Source: an uncultured Actinomycetes bacterium (GTDB lineage Bacteria > Actinomycetota > UBA4738 > HRBIN12). From it: a stretch of 64,000 nucleotides of DNA. Under the pieces are notes generated by a model. The model saw only the letters and a list, made by a program, of their open reading frames with translations. It made no database searches and had not been told where the DNA came from. A program made the position numbers and the translations under genes. Shown here in pieces: positions 20,849 to 29,496 of this stretch; position 1 is the first letter of the stretch, and every line of letters begins with the position of its first letter. The DNA is taken from NCBI GenBank assembly GCA_963792215.1, contig CAWBVL010000001.1, positions 385,646 to 449,645 on the forward strand. The letters are read 5' to 3'.

Positions 20849-22222
20849 CTATGGCACGTCATTTATACGACCGCACGTGACCGACCCGTTGATACAGCGA
20901 TCCACGAGGGCCTGGAGGCCATCCTGCTGCCACGTATTCCAGAAGTCCGCGTGCATCATCGAGGTAGGTCCGCTGGACAGGGTATATCCGGTGGCGTCGT
21001 TGATGGGATACACGACGTTCAACAGGATCGCGGGGACCGGCACGCCCATGCAGTCGCGGCCTCTGTCGAATGTCATGTGCGACATATGGTCGGGGCTATC
21101 GAGGTTCACCCCGTCCCAGCAGCTCGGGAAGTAGACCCGGACGCGAACAGGCTTGGAGCCGCAGTTTCGCGGCTCGGCCGTCCCTTCACCGCCTGCGCCG
21201 CAGAACCACGAGGCCGTGTGGGAGATCATCCGGAAGTCGGGCGGGAACGCCGTGACGCTCGTTGCCCCGCCGTCGCGGTAGTAGACCTTCACCACACCTG
21301 TAGACACGACGTTGCCTTGCGGGTCGAGCAGCGTCGGTACCCAATACCCCGCGGTATCGGCACGTGAGTCGCACGTCGTTGTGCCAGCAATCATCGAGTC
21401 ATAGGTCGAGTGTGCGTTGGTCGTCGTGTTGCCGAAGAACTCGTGCTGGTGCATCGAGACTTGCCCCGGCGAAACGATGGGGTCAACCTCCGCGAAGTGA
21501 GAGACGGCGCAGTGGGTGAGGAATCCGCGTCCGTCCGTAGTTGCCGACGGCGTCGGGTCGGGGGTCGGGGTCGACGACGGAGAGATGCTCGGATCGGACG
21601 ACGGAGAGATGCTCGGATCCGACGACACCGTGGGGGTCGGTGTGTTCGACGCGTTGTGTCCGTGGATCCTTATCTTGGGTGCGGATCCCGACTCGCCACT
21701 GGCGATCGCGGTTCGACCGCTGTGGGAAACGAGGACCAACGACAGCGTGGATGCGGAACCTTTGACGAAGCGAGTGACGTCGAGCCCCACTGTCGGTGCC
21801 CGGCTCCGACCGATCGACCCGATAGTTCGCCATCCCTCCGGCGCGTTGGTGCGCGTGATGCCGTGCTCGTCCCACCCCGGACTCGTCCTCAGCACGTTCA
21901 TCCGAGATGTCGGTCCCTTCGTATCGAGCACGAGGGTCGCCTGATCGATGACGAGGCCGGTCGCGGGGATGGCGAACGACATGTAGACACGGGAGTTGCC
22001 GCTGTACGCATCGACGACGAGTCGTGGTCGATCCCCGAAGTTGTGATGCGGGTAGCGGCTGAACACGGTCGCGTCGTCGCGAACCTCGACGACGTAGACG
22101 CGGTTCTGCGCGATGGACTTGGACGGCGCCACGAGCCCGATGACGATTCCGATGCTCGCGAGCATCAGCAGGGCCAGGACCCAGGCGGAGGTACGGCGGT
22201 ACCACGCCTGCGTGTGCTGCAT
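20849..22222 (-). CDS. Membrane-anchored protein with an N-terminal DNRLRE-like domain, a Ser/Pro linker and a C-terminal DUF1996-like domain.
   Basis: ATG 22222 follows GAGGGGGAAG. One TM helix. The C-terminal part (HCAVSHF...DPIVSPG...HQHEFFGN...YWVPTL...PSCWDG) resembles DUF1996 from memory. This family assignment is my least certain. Confidence 0.6.
   Translation of the reverse strand: MQHTQAWYRRTSAWVLALLMLASIGIVIGLVAPSKSIAQNRVYVVEVRDDATVFSRYPHHNFGDRPRLVVDAYSGNSRVYMSFAIPATGLVIDQATLVLDTKGPTSRMNVLRTSPGWDEHGITRTNAPEGWRTIGSIGRSRAPTVGLDVTRFVKGSASTLSLVLVSHSGRTAIASGESGSAPKIRIHGHNASNTPTPTVSSDPSISPSSDPSISPSSTPTPDPTPSATTDGRGFLTHCAVSHFAEVDPIVSPGQVSMHQHEFFGNTTTNAHSTYDSMIAGTTTCDSRADTAGYWVPTLLDPQGNVVSTGVVKVYYRDGGATSVTAFPPDFRMISHTASWFCGAGGEGTAEPRNCGSKPVRVRVYFPSCWDGVNLDSPDHMSHMTFDRGRDCMGVPVPAILLNVVYPINDATGYTLSSGPTSMMHADFWNTWQQDGLQALVDRCINGSVTCGRINDVP
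21573..21626. repeat. 24-nt tandem repeat (2.25 copies) encoding the SDPSISPS linker.
   Basis: gacgacggagagatgctcggatc[g/c] occurs at 21573-21596 and 21597-21620, followed by a partial third copy. Confidence 0.8.
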
Positions 22223-22961
22223 CGACTTCCCCCTCGTTCCCTCGCACCAGACCGCGGTTGCCGGTAGGCTCCGACGCGGCACTCCTGGGTGCGTCTCCGA
22301 ATCCGTTATCGGCCGGAGGGGGATCGCCCTTGACAGGGAGAGGCCGGAAGCTGCCCTCCGGCCGGGCTTCATGTTCCCGGATAGCGCGTAGGCCACATGG
22401 GACGCCTAGCGACCGTCTCTAGGGCCCGCGGACGCTCATGTCCCTGGACGACACCTGAGGTCACCGAGCTGCGCATCTCCGTTCCGGAGACGGGCCGCCG
22501 AATAGAGAATTCGATATCAGGGGCGACAAGGTGAGCAACACCGAAACAGCGATCTCTCGTCAGCATCAGCACGTCCTGCCGGGGATGGGGAAGACGGGAG
22601 CCGAGACGTTCGCCAGGGCGATTAGATGGCCTCGGAGGCGGAGGTGGCAGAGCTTGGACCTCAAACACGGACGAGGCTGGATGGAGCTACTTCACGCGGG
22701 GCTCGCACCGTGTCCTGATCCGCGCGACTCCTGCGAAGGTCGAGAGGTGGGATCGGGAGCGAGGCGGTGGGTCGTCGCGCTCTGGTGACCCGAGGCGGTC
22801 TTGCTCAGACTTCGACTTCGATGCGGTTACTCCCGAGGAGGCGCACCAGCTCACGTCGGCTCCGGGCCGCAAGGCCAGTTGGTAGCACCGCGGTAGCACG
22901 GACGCTCGGTTCTGGTGTCGACGGCCCGCGTACACTCCCTCAACCAGCAACGAAGCAACTC

Positions 22962-23035
<74 letters not shown>

Positions 23036-23192
23036 CGTTCGGTTGCCGAGTGACGCGAATCACATGACCGGGGTGACACGAAGCACCATTCGCCGGTGAC
23101 CCTCGCTACCGGGTTCGCGAACGGTGGGCGGCATGATGCGGGCGTGAACCGGGTTCATGCGAAAACCCGACAGAGGGAAAGGAGCGTCTAGG

Positions 23193-23333
23193 GTGACCGA
23201 GAAGAAGATCCAGCCGAAGCACCCCGCGACCGAGAAGTCGTCGGAGGGCTCCCGCGAGGCCAAGAAGACGAGCGTGAAGGCCGTCCAACCGAAGAGGATC
23301 GCGCCCAAGAAGATGGCCCCGAAGAAGTACTGA
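23193..23333 (+). CDS. Small lysine-rich basic protein (46 aa). It is too short to appear in the ORF track.
   Basis: GTG 23193 lies 8 nt after GGGAAAGGAG. Sequence VTEKKIQPKHPATEKSSEGSREAKKTSVKAVQPKRIAPKKMAPKKY*. A stem-loop plus T-tract follows it. Confidence 0.55.
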   Translation: MTEKKIQPKHPATEKSSEGSREAKKTSVKAVQPKRIAPKKMAPKKY

Positions 23334-23353
23334 TCTCAGATCGGGTGGTTCAG

Positions 23354-23386
23354 AAGCCCGGGTCTTCGGCCCGGGCTTTCTGTTCT
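23354..23386 (+). terminator. Intrinsic terminator-like hairpin.
   Basis: aagcccggg-tcttcgg-cccgggctt followed by tctgttct. Confidence 0.55.
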
Positions 23387-23647
23387 CCGGATCCCTGCGC
23401 ATCCGGTCGTGTCCGCACTGGATCCCGCCGTGCACGACCTGCGCACAAGCCATACGATGCCCACTGGTGAGTGCTCCACCTCGCCGGTGACCGATGCCGC
23501 CGACGAGGGCTCGAGCGCCCGCCTGCCCCTCGAGGGCGCCGCTGTGCGGGACGCGGTCTGGTTGTTTGAGGTTGCACCAGGCTGGGCACCAAGAGAACGA
23601 TCCGGGGAGGGTTCTTCGCAGCGGAAGCTGCAGGAAGTGGGTATGCC

Positions 23648-23878
23648 ATGAGGATCGATTGGCCGTTCGCGTTCATGCTGCTGGCTTGCTGCACGCTGTG
23701 GTGTCTCGCAGGGTTCACGCTGTGCTGGGGAACGCACCGCCAGCGTGGCATCGAGGTTGACCGCCCTGTGACCGATAATCTCCCGCTACTTCCTTCGCCG
23801 ATCGTCGTTCCCGACTATGTGCCGGACGACTGGGGGATCGATGAACCCTCGGTCGGCAGGAGCGTGGGGGCCGACTAG
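23648..23878 (+). CDS. Small Cys/Trp-rich membrane protein.
   Basis: MRIDWPFAFMLLACCTLWCLAGFTLCWG forms one TM helix. The local GC is lower. The RBS is weak. Confidence 0.35.
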   Translation: MRIDWPFAFMLLACCTLWCLAGFTLCWGTHRQRGIEVDRPVTDNLPLLPSPIVVPDYVPDDWGIDEPSVGRSVGAD

Positions 23879-24090
23879 CTAGATATGCGGCTTTCGGAGG
23901 AGCAGTCGGCCGACGTATAGGTCGCGTACGACGGGTCGCCCTGCCGGTGGTAGATCGTCACCGAGCTGTTGCCGCCCCACCGTGTACACGCCCCGAACTC
24001 CGGGCGTTGGTTCCCTCGGTACCAGATGAACGCGACGGCGACCGCCACGATCACGACCGCGATGACGATGCCCCTCGATGACGTGTTCAT
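23875..24090 (-). CDS. Small membrane-anchored protein (71 aa).
   Basis: GGAGGA lies upstream. TM helix IVIAVVIVAVAVAFIW. Confidence 0.5.
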   Translation of the reverse strand: MNTSSRGIVIAVVIVAVAVAFIWYRGNQRPEFGACTRWGGNSSVTIYHRQGDPSYATYTSADCSSESRISS

Positions 24091-24131
24091 GTCCGGGATC
24101 CTCCAACGCGGAGTCTAGTCGCAGCTCGTCG

Positions 24132-24367
24132 TCAGAAGCCCTTGATCCCGGCGTCGTTGACGAGGAACCAGTTGTCCGTGCAGACCCATCGATCTCGAGG
24201 ACCGAGAAGGGGTAGTAGCCGTACCCGAAGGCCTCATCGCAGTGCTGGCGATCGGAATCGTCGGGCGGGACTGATGCGAAGCGAACGGCGTTGAACGCCC
24301 AGAAGATCGGAGGAGCGATGATCACGAGGAGGCAAGCGGACATCACCGCGAGCGGCCGTCGGATCAT
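24132..24367 (-). pseudogene. Small membrane protein with an apparent frameshift near 24190-24200.
   Basis: MIRRPLAVMSACLLVIIAPPIFWAF...GYGYYPFSVLEI is followed in the adjacent frame by RWVCTDNWFLVNDAGIKGF*, which stops about 40 nt before the next gene's RBS. The unshifted frame would run through the whole downstream gene. The length is 236 nt. Confidence 0.45.
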
Positions 24368-24656
24368 GCTCGGACGGTAGCCGGGCGGCGGAGCCGGATG
24401 CGTGGAACGGAGCGGCGGTCACGATCGCGGCGGCGAGTCCCGCGTTGACGAACCACCGTCATGGAGGCTGGTTCCGGAAGGACAGGTGGTCTCCCCGGAG
24501 ACACGCCGTTCCAGGGGCCGCGCGCTGAGCGTCCTCGTGACCGTGAACGCCGCCCCTTTCCTCGGTGGCCGCCGCTACCCTCGATCGCGTAGTCACACCG
24601 GGTGGGGAAGTTGGTCCGGGGTGGTCGCCCACAGAATCGACCCCCTGCAGGCCGAT

Positions 24657-24854
24657 ATGTTGGGCATGGTCGAGACGGTTTGCGTGAACAACGGTCCCGG
24701 GATCACGGAGGGTGCCGCTGTGACGATCGCTCGCTCGCGTCTTCAGATCCGTGGCCTCGCACCCGCCGAAGGCCTCCGTCCGCGCGTCGAGCGGGTCGCG
24801 CTCACCAACGAGGCCGTCACGTTCTGGCAGGTCTCGTTCCTCGTCGAGCGCTGA
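24657..24854 (+). CDS. Hypothetical small protein. The start is uncertain (the ORF is open from 24402).
   Basis: Strong GC3 bias in this frame. I recognise no family. Confidence 0.3.
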   Translation: MLGMVETVCVNNGPGITEGAAVTIARSRLQIRGLAPAEGLRPRVERVALTNEAVTFWQVSFLVER

Positions 24855-24860
24855 TCCTGC

Positions 24861-25769
24861 CTAGGCGAGCAGCTCGGCGACCTCGGCCAGCTCTTCACCG
24901 GTCAATCGCCACGTCGACGCCTCGGCGTTGCTCTGGATCTGCTCCGGTTTGGTCGCGCCGGTGATCACCGAGGCCACGGGGTTCAGTGATGCGAGCCACC
25001 CGATCGCGAGCTCCAGCAGCGAGCGATCCTTCTGCGCCGCGAACGCGCTGAGCGCCTCCACACGGTCGAACTCGTCGTCAGATGGCGTCTCGTTGTAGGC
25101 GGCGAGCCTGGTGCCGGCCGCGGGCTTCTCGCCGCGCTCGTACTTCCCGGTGAGCACGCCGCTCGCGAGCGGGAAGTAGGGGATGTACGCGAGGCCAAGG
25201 GCGGTGGCGCCCGCCAGGCCATCCGTCAGATCGCTCGTGTCGAGCAGGTTGAGCTCGTTCTGGACGCTCACGAACCGTGCGGGGCCGTCGGTGAACGCGT
25301 TCGCGGCCTCGGTCTGCTGCTCGGCAGAGAAGTTGGAGCACCCGATCTCGCGCACCAGACCCTCACGGACCAGTTCGTCCAGCGTGGCGAGCGTGTCGGC
25401 GATCGGCACCTTCGGGTCGGGCTGGTGCAGTTGATACAGGTCGATGTGGTCGGTCTGTAATCGGTTGAGGCTGTCGTGCACCGCCTGCCGGATGTATGCC
25501 GGCGCGGCGCCGGTCTTGTCGGGCGCCACGTCCATCCCGAACTTCGTCGCGAGCACGATGCGGTCACGTCGCCCTTGCAGGATCCGGCCGAGGAACGTCT
25601 CGGACAGGGTGCCGCCGTAGATGTCGGCCGTGTCGAACAGCGTGACGCCGGCGTCGATCGCGGCGTCCACCACGCGTTCTGTGCCAGCTTCGTCGACGCG
25701 CCGGCCGAAGTTGTTGCATCCGAGTCCGAGGACGCTGACCTCGAGCGAGCCGATCTTCCGGGTCTCCAT
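24861..25769 (-). CDS. Aldo/keto reductase.
   Basis: METRKIGSLEVSVLGLGCNNFG, LFDTADIYG, DLYQLHQPD and REIGCSNF motifs. ATG 25769 lies inside a long artefactual ORF. Confidence 0.88.
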   Translation of the reverse strand: METRKIGSLEVSVLGLGCNNFGRRVDEAGTERVVDAAIDAGVTLFDTADIYGGTLSETFLGRILQGRRDRIVLATKFGMDVAPDKTGAAPAYIRQAVHDSLNRLQTDHIDLYQLHQPDPKVPIADTLATLDELVREGLVREIGCSNFSAEQQTEAANAFTDGPARFVSVQNELNLLDTSDLTDGLAGATALGLAYIPYFPLASGVLTGKYERGEKPAAGTRLAAYNETPSDDEFDRVEALSAFAAQKDRSLLELAIGWLASLNPVASVITGATKPEQIQSNAEASTWRLTGEELAEVAELLA

Positions 25770-25795
25770 CGGCCCGATGCTAATCGCGAACGTGT

Positions 25796-26806
25796 TCAGG
25801 CGTGGTCCTGGATCGTGTTCTGGCAGGCCGTCGCGCCCCCGCCTTCGACGGCGTCGAGCCACCCTTGCAGGTAGGGGTCGATGATCGATGCGAGCGTGCC
25901 TTGCCGTCCCACGTCGGGGTGGATCCCGTCGCTCGAGAGCGCGTCGAGCGGGACGAGGTTGTTCCAGTCGAGGACGGCACCGTTGGACAGTCGACCCATC
26001 GCGTCGAAGATCGCCTGGTTGACCGCCGGGACCTGTGGCTCGGGGCCGTGGGCGGTGAGCCAGACGAGCATCCGTGCGCCGCCCTGCGCCGCGATGATCC
26101 GCTGCGCGTTGGCGGCGGTGTAGGAGGCGTCGGCGTCGTTGACACCGATCTCGATCAGGACCACGTCGGCCGCCGGGGAGGGGAGCGACTCGGCGACGCC
26201 GGCGGCGCCGTCGGAGCCACGGCCGATCAATGCGTCGATCGACACGGTCCAGTCGGGCAGGCCGGCGACGACCTCGGTCTGGCCGCCGTCGAGGATCGAG
26301 TCGCCGATCATCTGCACGGTCGGCGGACTGGAGAGCTTGGCTCGAACGGGCAACGAGAGCCACCGTTGGGTGACGCCGTCGGATCGCACCCAGAGGAACG
26401 ATGGATCGCTCGGATCGAGTAGCACCTCGCCGAACGGTGTCACGCCCTCCGACGATGCCGATTGCGGCGGCGCCGCGACCTTCACCGCGTACTGGCCGCC
26501 GAGGAATCTGCGCGTCCCCTCCCCGACATCGACCGCGGCGACCGCCGGCATCGCGGGGTCGCAGCGGTAGATCATCTCTCTGCTGAGCGGCCAACACGAG
26601 CCGTCCGCACGGTGCACCACCGAGACGGAGATCGGGGACGGCAGATCCGGGGTGACGCACGGATCGCGTTGGACCGCCGCGACCGTCGACGGGACGGGCG
26701 TCAAGCTCGGCGCCGGCTCGCTCCTCGTGGCCGCATAGTGGTCGCACGCTGCAAGGAGCATCAGCGCCAGGACCAGCATCGGGAGGCGAGAACGTCGGGC
26801 GGTCAT
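25796..26806 (-). CDS. SGNH/GDSL-like hydrolase lipoprotein.
   Basis: Lipobox LLAAC. QMIGDSILDG (block I), IEIGVNDA (block III) and SSDGIHP (block V). Confidence 0.7.
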   Translation of the reverse strand: MTARRSRLPMLVLALMLLAACDHYAATRSEPAPSLTPVPSTVAAVQRDPCVTPDLPSPISVSVVHRADGSCWPLSREMIYRCDPAMPAVAAVDVGEGTRRFLGGQYAVKVAAPPQSASSEGVTPFGEVLLDPSDPSFLWVRSDGVTQRWLSLPVRAKLSSPPTVQMIGDSILDGGQTEVVAGLPDWTVSIDALIGRGSDGAAGVAESLPSPAADVVLIEIGVNDADASYTAANAQRIIAAQGGARMLVWLTAHGPEPQVPAVNQAIFDAMGRLSNGAVLDWNNLVPLDALSSDGIHPDVGRQGTLASIIDPYLQGWLDAVEGGGATACQNTIQDHA

Positions 26807-26848
26807 GCGACCAGCGCATCCTAGCCTGGTCCGCTCCAACGGCAGGCC

Positions 26849-27658
26849 CTAGAAGTCGACGTCCGCTGTGCCGGTTTCGTTGCAATTCGCGGTGCTGGCC
26901 GCGTTGCCCGCGAGATCCGTGATGGTCGCGCTCGCGTTGTAGCGCATCGTGCCCGTGCCGGCGGCGGTCGTGATCGATGTTGATGTGGTCGTCCCGAGGG
27001 TGACCGTGAGCACGTTCCCGGCCAACACGATGGAGGATCCGGTGAACGACGACGTCTTGGTCGCATAGTCGGTCCTGTTGAGCATGATGGTCCCGACCGG
27101 CAGCTGCGCGGAGTTCCCGCTGTTCCAGATCTGGACGCGGTCGCCGCCACCCTTCGAGATCAGACGGACCGTGACGGTGGTCGCGCTGCCGTTCCATCCG
27201 GCGAGGATCGAGATCGGCTCGAGGGGTTCGCTGAACGTGTAGACGATCTTGTCGCCGGTCTCCGCGCGCCCGGCCGTTCCGACGTTCGTCGTCTGGATGT
27301 CCGTCGCGGTCGGCGCGATGTTGTCGACCGTCGCGCTGTACGAGGAGGTCGTGCCCGTGTTGCCGACGGCGTCGATCGCCCATACGGTGTACGTCTTCGA
27401 TCCGGCGGTCAGCGGGTTGCTGGCCGTGAGCGCGTTGCTGCGCCAGCCGTACGCGACGCCGCCGACGACGTACGTGCCGGCAGTGAGCGAGACGTTGGTC
27501 GATCCGGTGGTGACGGCGCTGACGTTCGCGCGAACCTGCGCGACACCGGACGATGGCGACCCGGGATCCGTGGCGTTCGCGTACACGTAGTACTGGCCGC
27601 CCTGACGGATCGAGCCCACGGTTCCCCCGGCGGACTTCGCGGTCACACTCGCCGTCAC
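26849..27658 (-). CDS. Thr/Ser/Gly-rich Ig-like repeat protein with no recognisable signal peptide.
   Basis: Beta-rich repeats (TYTVWAIDAVGNTG..., VDNIAPTATDIQTT...). GTG 27658 lies 28 nt after the MOSC stop. Confidence 0.45.
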   Translation of the reverse strand: MTASVTAKSAGGTVGSIRQGGQYYVYANATDPGSPSSGVAQVRANVSAVTTGSTNVSLTAGTYVVGGVAYGWRSNALTASNPLTAGSKTYTVWAIDAVGNTGTTSSYSATVDNIAPTATDIQTTNVGTAGRAETGDKIVYTFSEPLEPISILAGWNGSATTVTVRLISKGGGDRVQIWNSGNSAQLPVGTIMLNRTDYATKTSSFTGSSIVLAGNVLTVTLGTTTSTSITTAAGTGTMRYNASATITDLAGNAASTANCNETGTADVDF

Positions 27659-27686
27659 GGTCGGCGGTTTGGTCGGGGACAGCGCG

Positions 27687-28454
27687 CTACACGCCGGGGG
27701 GAGTGACCGTGTCGCCGACCGCGACCGTTCCGGGTTGCTCGACGGTCGCGTACACGCCGAACGGCACCTGCCGCGTCGCCATGAGCGGGCGGAACGTCGC
27801 GATCTGCTTGAGGGTGTTCCAGTCCTGGATGCCCGTTATTGGGTTCTGTGTCGTGACGGCGCAACGTGGGATCTGGCCGTCGATCCGCAGGACCGCGGCG
27901 CCCACCTGCACCTGTTTCCCATCCCACGTTTCCTCTTCGAACGGCTCGGCGTCGTCGAGCTCGAGGTTGATGCGGAAGCGGAGCGAGTCGAGGTCGCCCT
28001 CGTAGCCGCCATGGCGGCCGAGCGCGTCGACCGAGGCGAACGACACCAACGTCAGGGGCATCTCGTCTGGACCGTCGCCGTCGCGCTCGGTCCTGAAGAG
28101 TTGAACCTTCGCGCCGACGTAATCCGAGAACGCCAGTGAGAGGTCGCCGCGCACCGGCCGGCCGGGCACAGCGCGGCCGTCGAAGTCGGTCGACTCGAGC
28201 TCGCCGAGATCGTCGGTCGGCGCCTCGACGACAGAGCCGTCCGGGAATCGGCATCGCAGGGTGCCGTCCTCGACCTCGGAGGTCACCAACACGAGCGGGC
28301 CGTACCCTAAGCCGCTGAACAGACGTCCTCGTTCGTCGGCGAGATAGAACCGCCGATTCCCTGCTATGCCGATCGAGTCCAGGGCTGCAGAGTCTGGATG
28401 CTGCAGCGCAGTCCCTTTGACCGGCGTGACGTTGATGCGCCCGAGGGTGACCAC
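27687..28454 (-). CDS. MOSC-domain protein (YcbX-like).
   Basis: INVTPVKG N-terminal beta-barrel region and conserved-Cys region GQIPRCAVTTQNPITG. Confidence 0.8.
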   Translation of the reverse strand: MVTLGRINVTPVKGTALQHPDSAALDSIGIAGNRRFYLADERGRLFSGLGYGPLVLVTSEVEDGTLRCRFPDGSVVEAPTDDLGELESTDFDGRAVPGRPVRGDLSLAFSDYVGAKVQLFRTERDGDGPDEMPLTLVSFASVDALGRHGGYEGDLDSLRFRINLELDDAEPFEEETWDGKQVQVGAAVLRIDGQIPRCAVTTQNPITGIQDWNTLKQIATFRPLMATRQVPFGVYATVEQPGTVAVGDTVTPPGV

Positions 28455-28576
28455 GGCCCGAGGATAATCCGGAAGTCGGATCGACCGAAGCAGGCCTTCC
28501 GGCCTATGATCGTCGTTGCGCTTCCGCCGCAGCGGTACCTACGCGGGCGGACCCGTTCGAACAGAGGGGGATCGAG

Positions 28577-28927
28577 ATGGCGTCACGAGGCTATGACCGC
28601 GATGGCTCGCAGCACGACGCCGTCGTGTCGAATCTGATGGACCTTCAGGCCCGCCTCCGCGGCGACCCCGCCTCCCTGGTCCTGCCGCGCGAGGGGCGCC
28701 GCGACGACGCCACGACCGTGCGCCACGACGACGTGAGCGTGGCGGTTGGTGACGACGGGCTCGACCCGGAGCGCCGGATCGAAGCTCTGAAGCGGCGTCT
28801 GGAGTACCTCGAGCTCGAGATCGACGCGTACGAGCACGTCGCCGCCGAGGCGCAGGACGCTCCGCCCCCGCGGAGCCCATCAAAACAGATGTCGGCGAGC
28901 TCCAGCACGTCGTCGAGGAACGGCTGA
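28577..28927 (+). CDS. Hypothetical protein. The C-terminus is ambiguous.
   Basis: ORF with a RRLEYLELEIDAYEH helix. An adjacent frame gives an equally plausible acidic tail ending at 28977. Confidence 0.3.
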   Translation: MASRGYDRDGSQHDAVVSNLMDLQARLRGDPASLVLPREGRRDDATTVRHDDVSVAVGDDGLDPERRIEALKRRLEYLELEIDAYEHVAAEAQDAPPPRSPSKQMSASSSTSSRNG

Positions 28928-29016
28928 TGGCGCCCGAAGAGGACGACGTCGCCGCCGAGGAGCCGCCCGCTCTGTAGCCGCAGGTCGTGCCACGGGTGCG
29001 TGGTACGGTCGCCCGC

Positions 29017-29496
29017 ATGTCTCCCGAACTACACGCCGACGTTGCCTGGCTGAGGTTCTTGCTGGGGACCTGGCGGGGCGAAGGCAGCGGGAGCTATCCG
29101 ACGATCGACCCGTTCGCGTACCGCGAGACGCTCACCTTCGATCACGTCGGCGACGCGTGGCTCTCCTATATCCAGGAGAGCTGGAGCCTCGATGACGAGC
29201 CGCTGCATTTCGAGCGCGGGTTCCTCCGGCCCGGCGCCACGGCGGGTGAGGTGGAGCTGGTGCTCGCTCATCCGATCGGGGTGACCGAGGTGGCGCACGG
29301 CAGCGTCGACGGCGGAGACATCCGTTTGCGTGGCGAGGAGCTCGCCATCGGCCGGGCGGCCACAGGCCTGGACGTTCGGGGTCTCGAGCGGCGGTATCAG
29401 GTCGACGGCGACTCGCTCTCCTACGAGATCGACATGGCCACCGGCACCACGCCGATGACGCTGCACCTCACCGCGGATCTTCGGAGGGAGGCGTGA
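29017..29496 (+). CDS. Nitrobindin-like (DUF1794) heme-binding beta-barrel protein.
   Basis: LLGTWRGEGSGSYPTIDPFAYRETLTF...SW...PLHFERGF is characteristic of this family. Confidence 0.78.
   Translation: MSPELHADVAWLRFLLGTWRGEGSGSYPTIDPFAYRETLTFDHVGDAWLSYIQESWSLDDEPLHFERGFLRPGATAGEVELVLAHPIGVTEVAHGSVDGGDIRLRGEELAIGRAATGLDVRGLERRYQVDGDSLSYEIDMATGTTPMTLHLTADLRREA

Noticed and set aside
21573-21626. A CRISPR-like repeat.
   Set aside because: The two adjacent copies have no spacers and lie inside a coding linker. I saw no CRISPR array or cas gene anywhere in the window.
23036-24860. A direct repeat of the tRNA-Met 3' end marking an attR for the small lower-GC stretch.
   Set aside because: I found no second copy of ggttcgagccctgcccgcccca, or a recognisable part of it, by eye between 23036 and 24900.
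28860-28977. A frameshift extending the 28577 ORF to an acidic tail (...TDVGELQHVVEERLMAPEEDDVAAEEPPAL*).
   Set aside because: Both frames have equally high third-position GC, and I recognise no family to guide the choice. It is left as an ambiguity, not counted as a frameshift.
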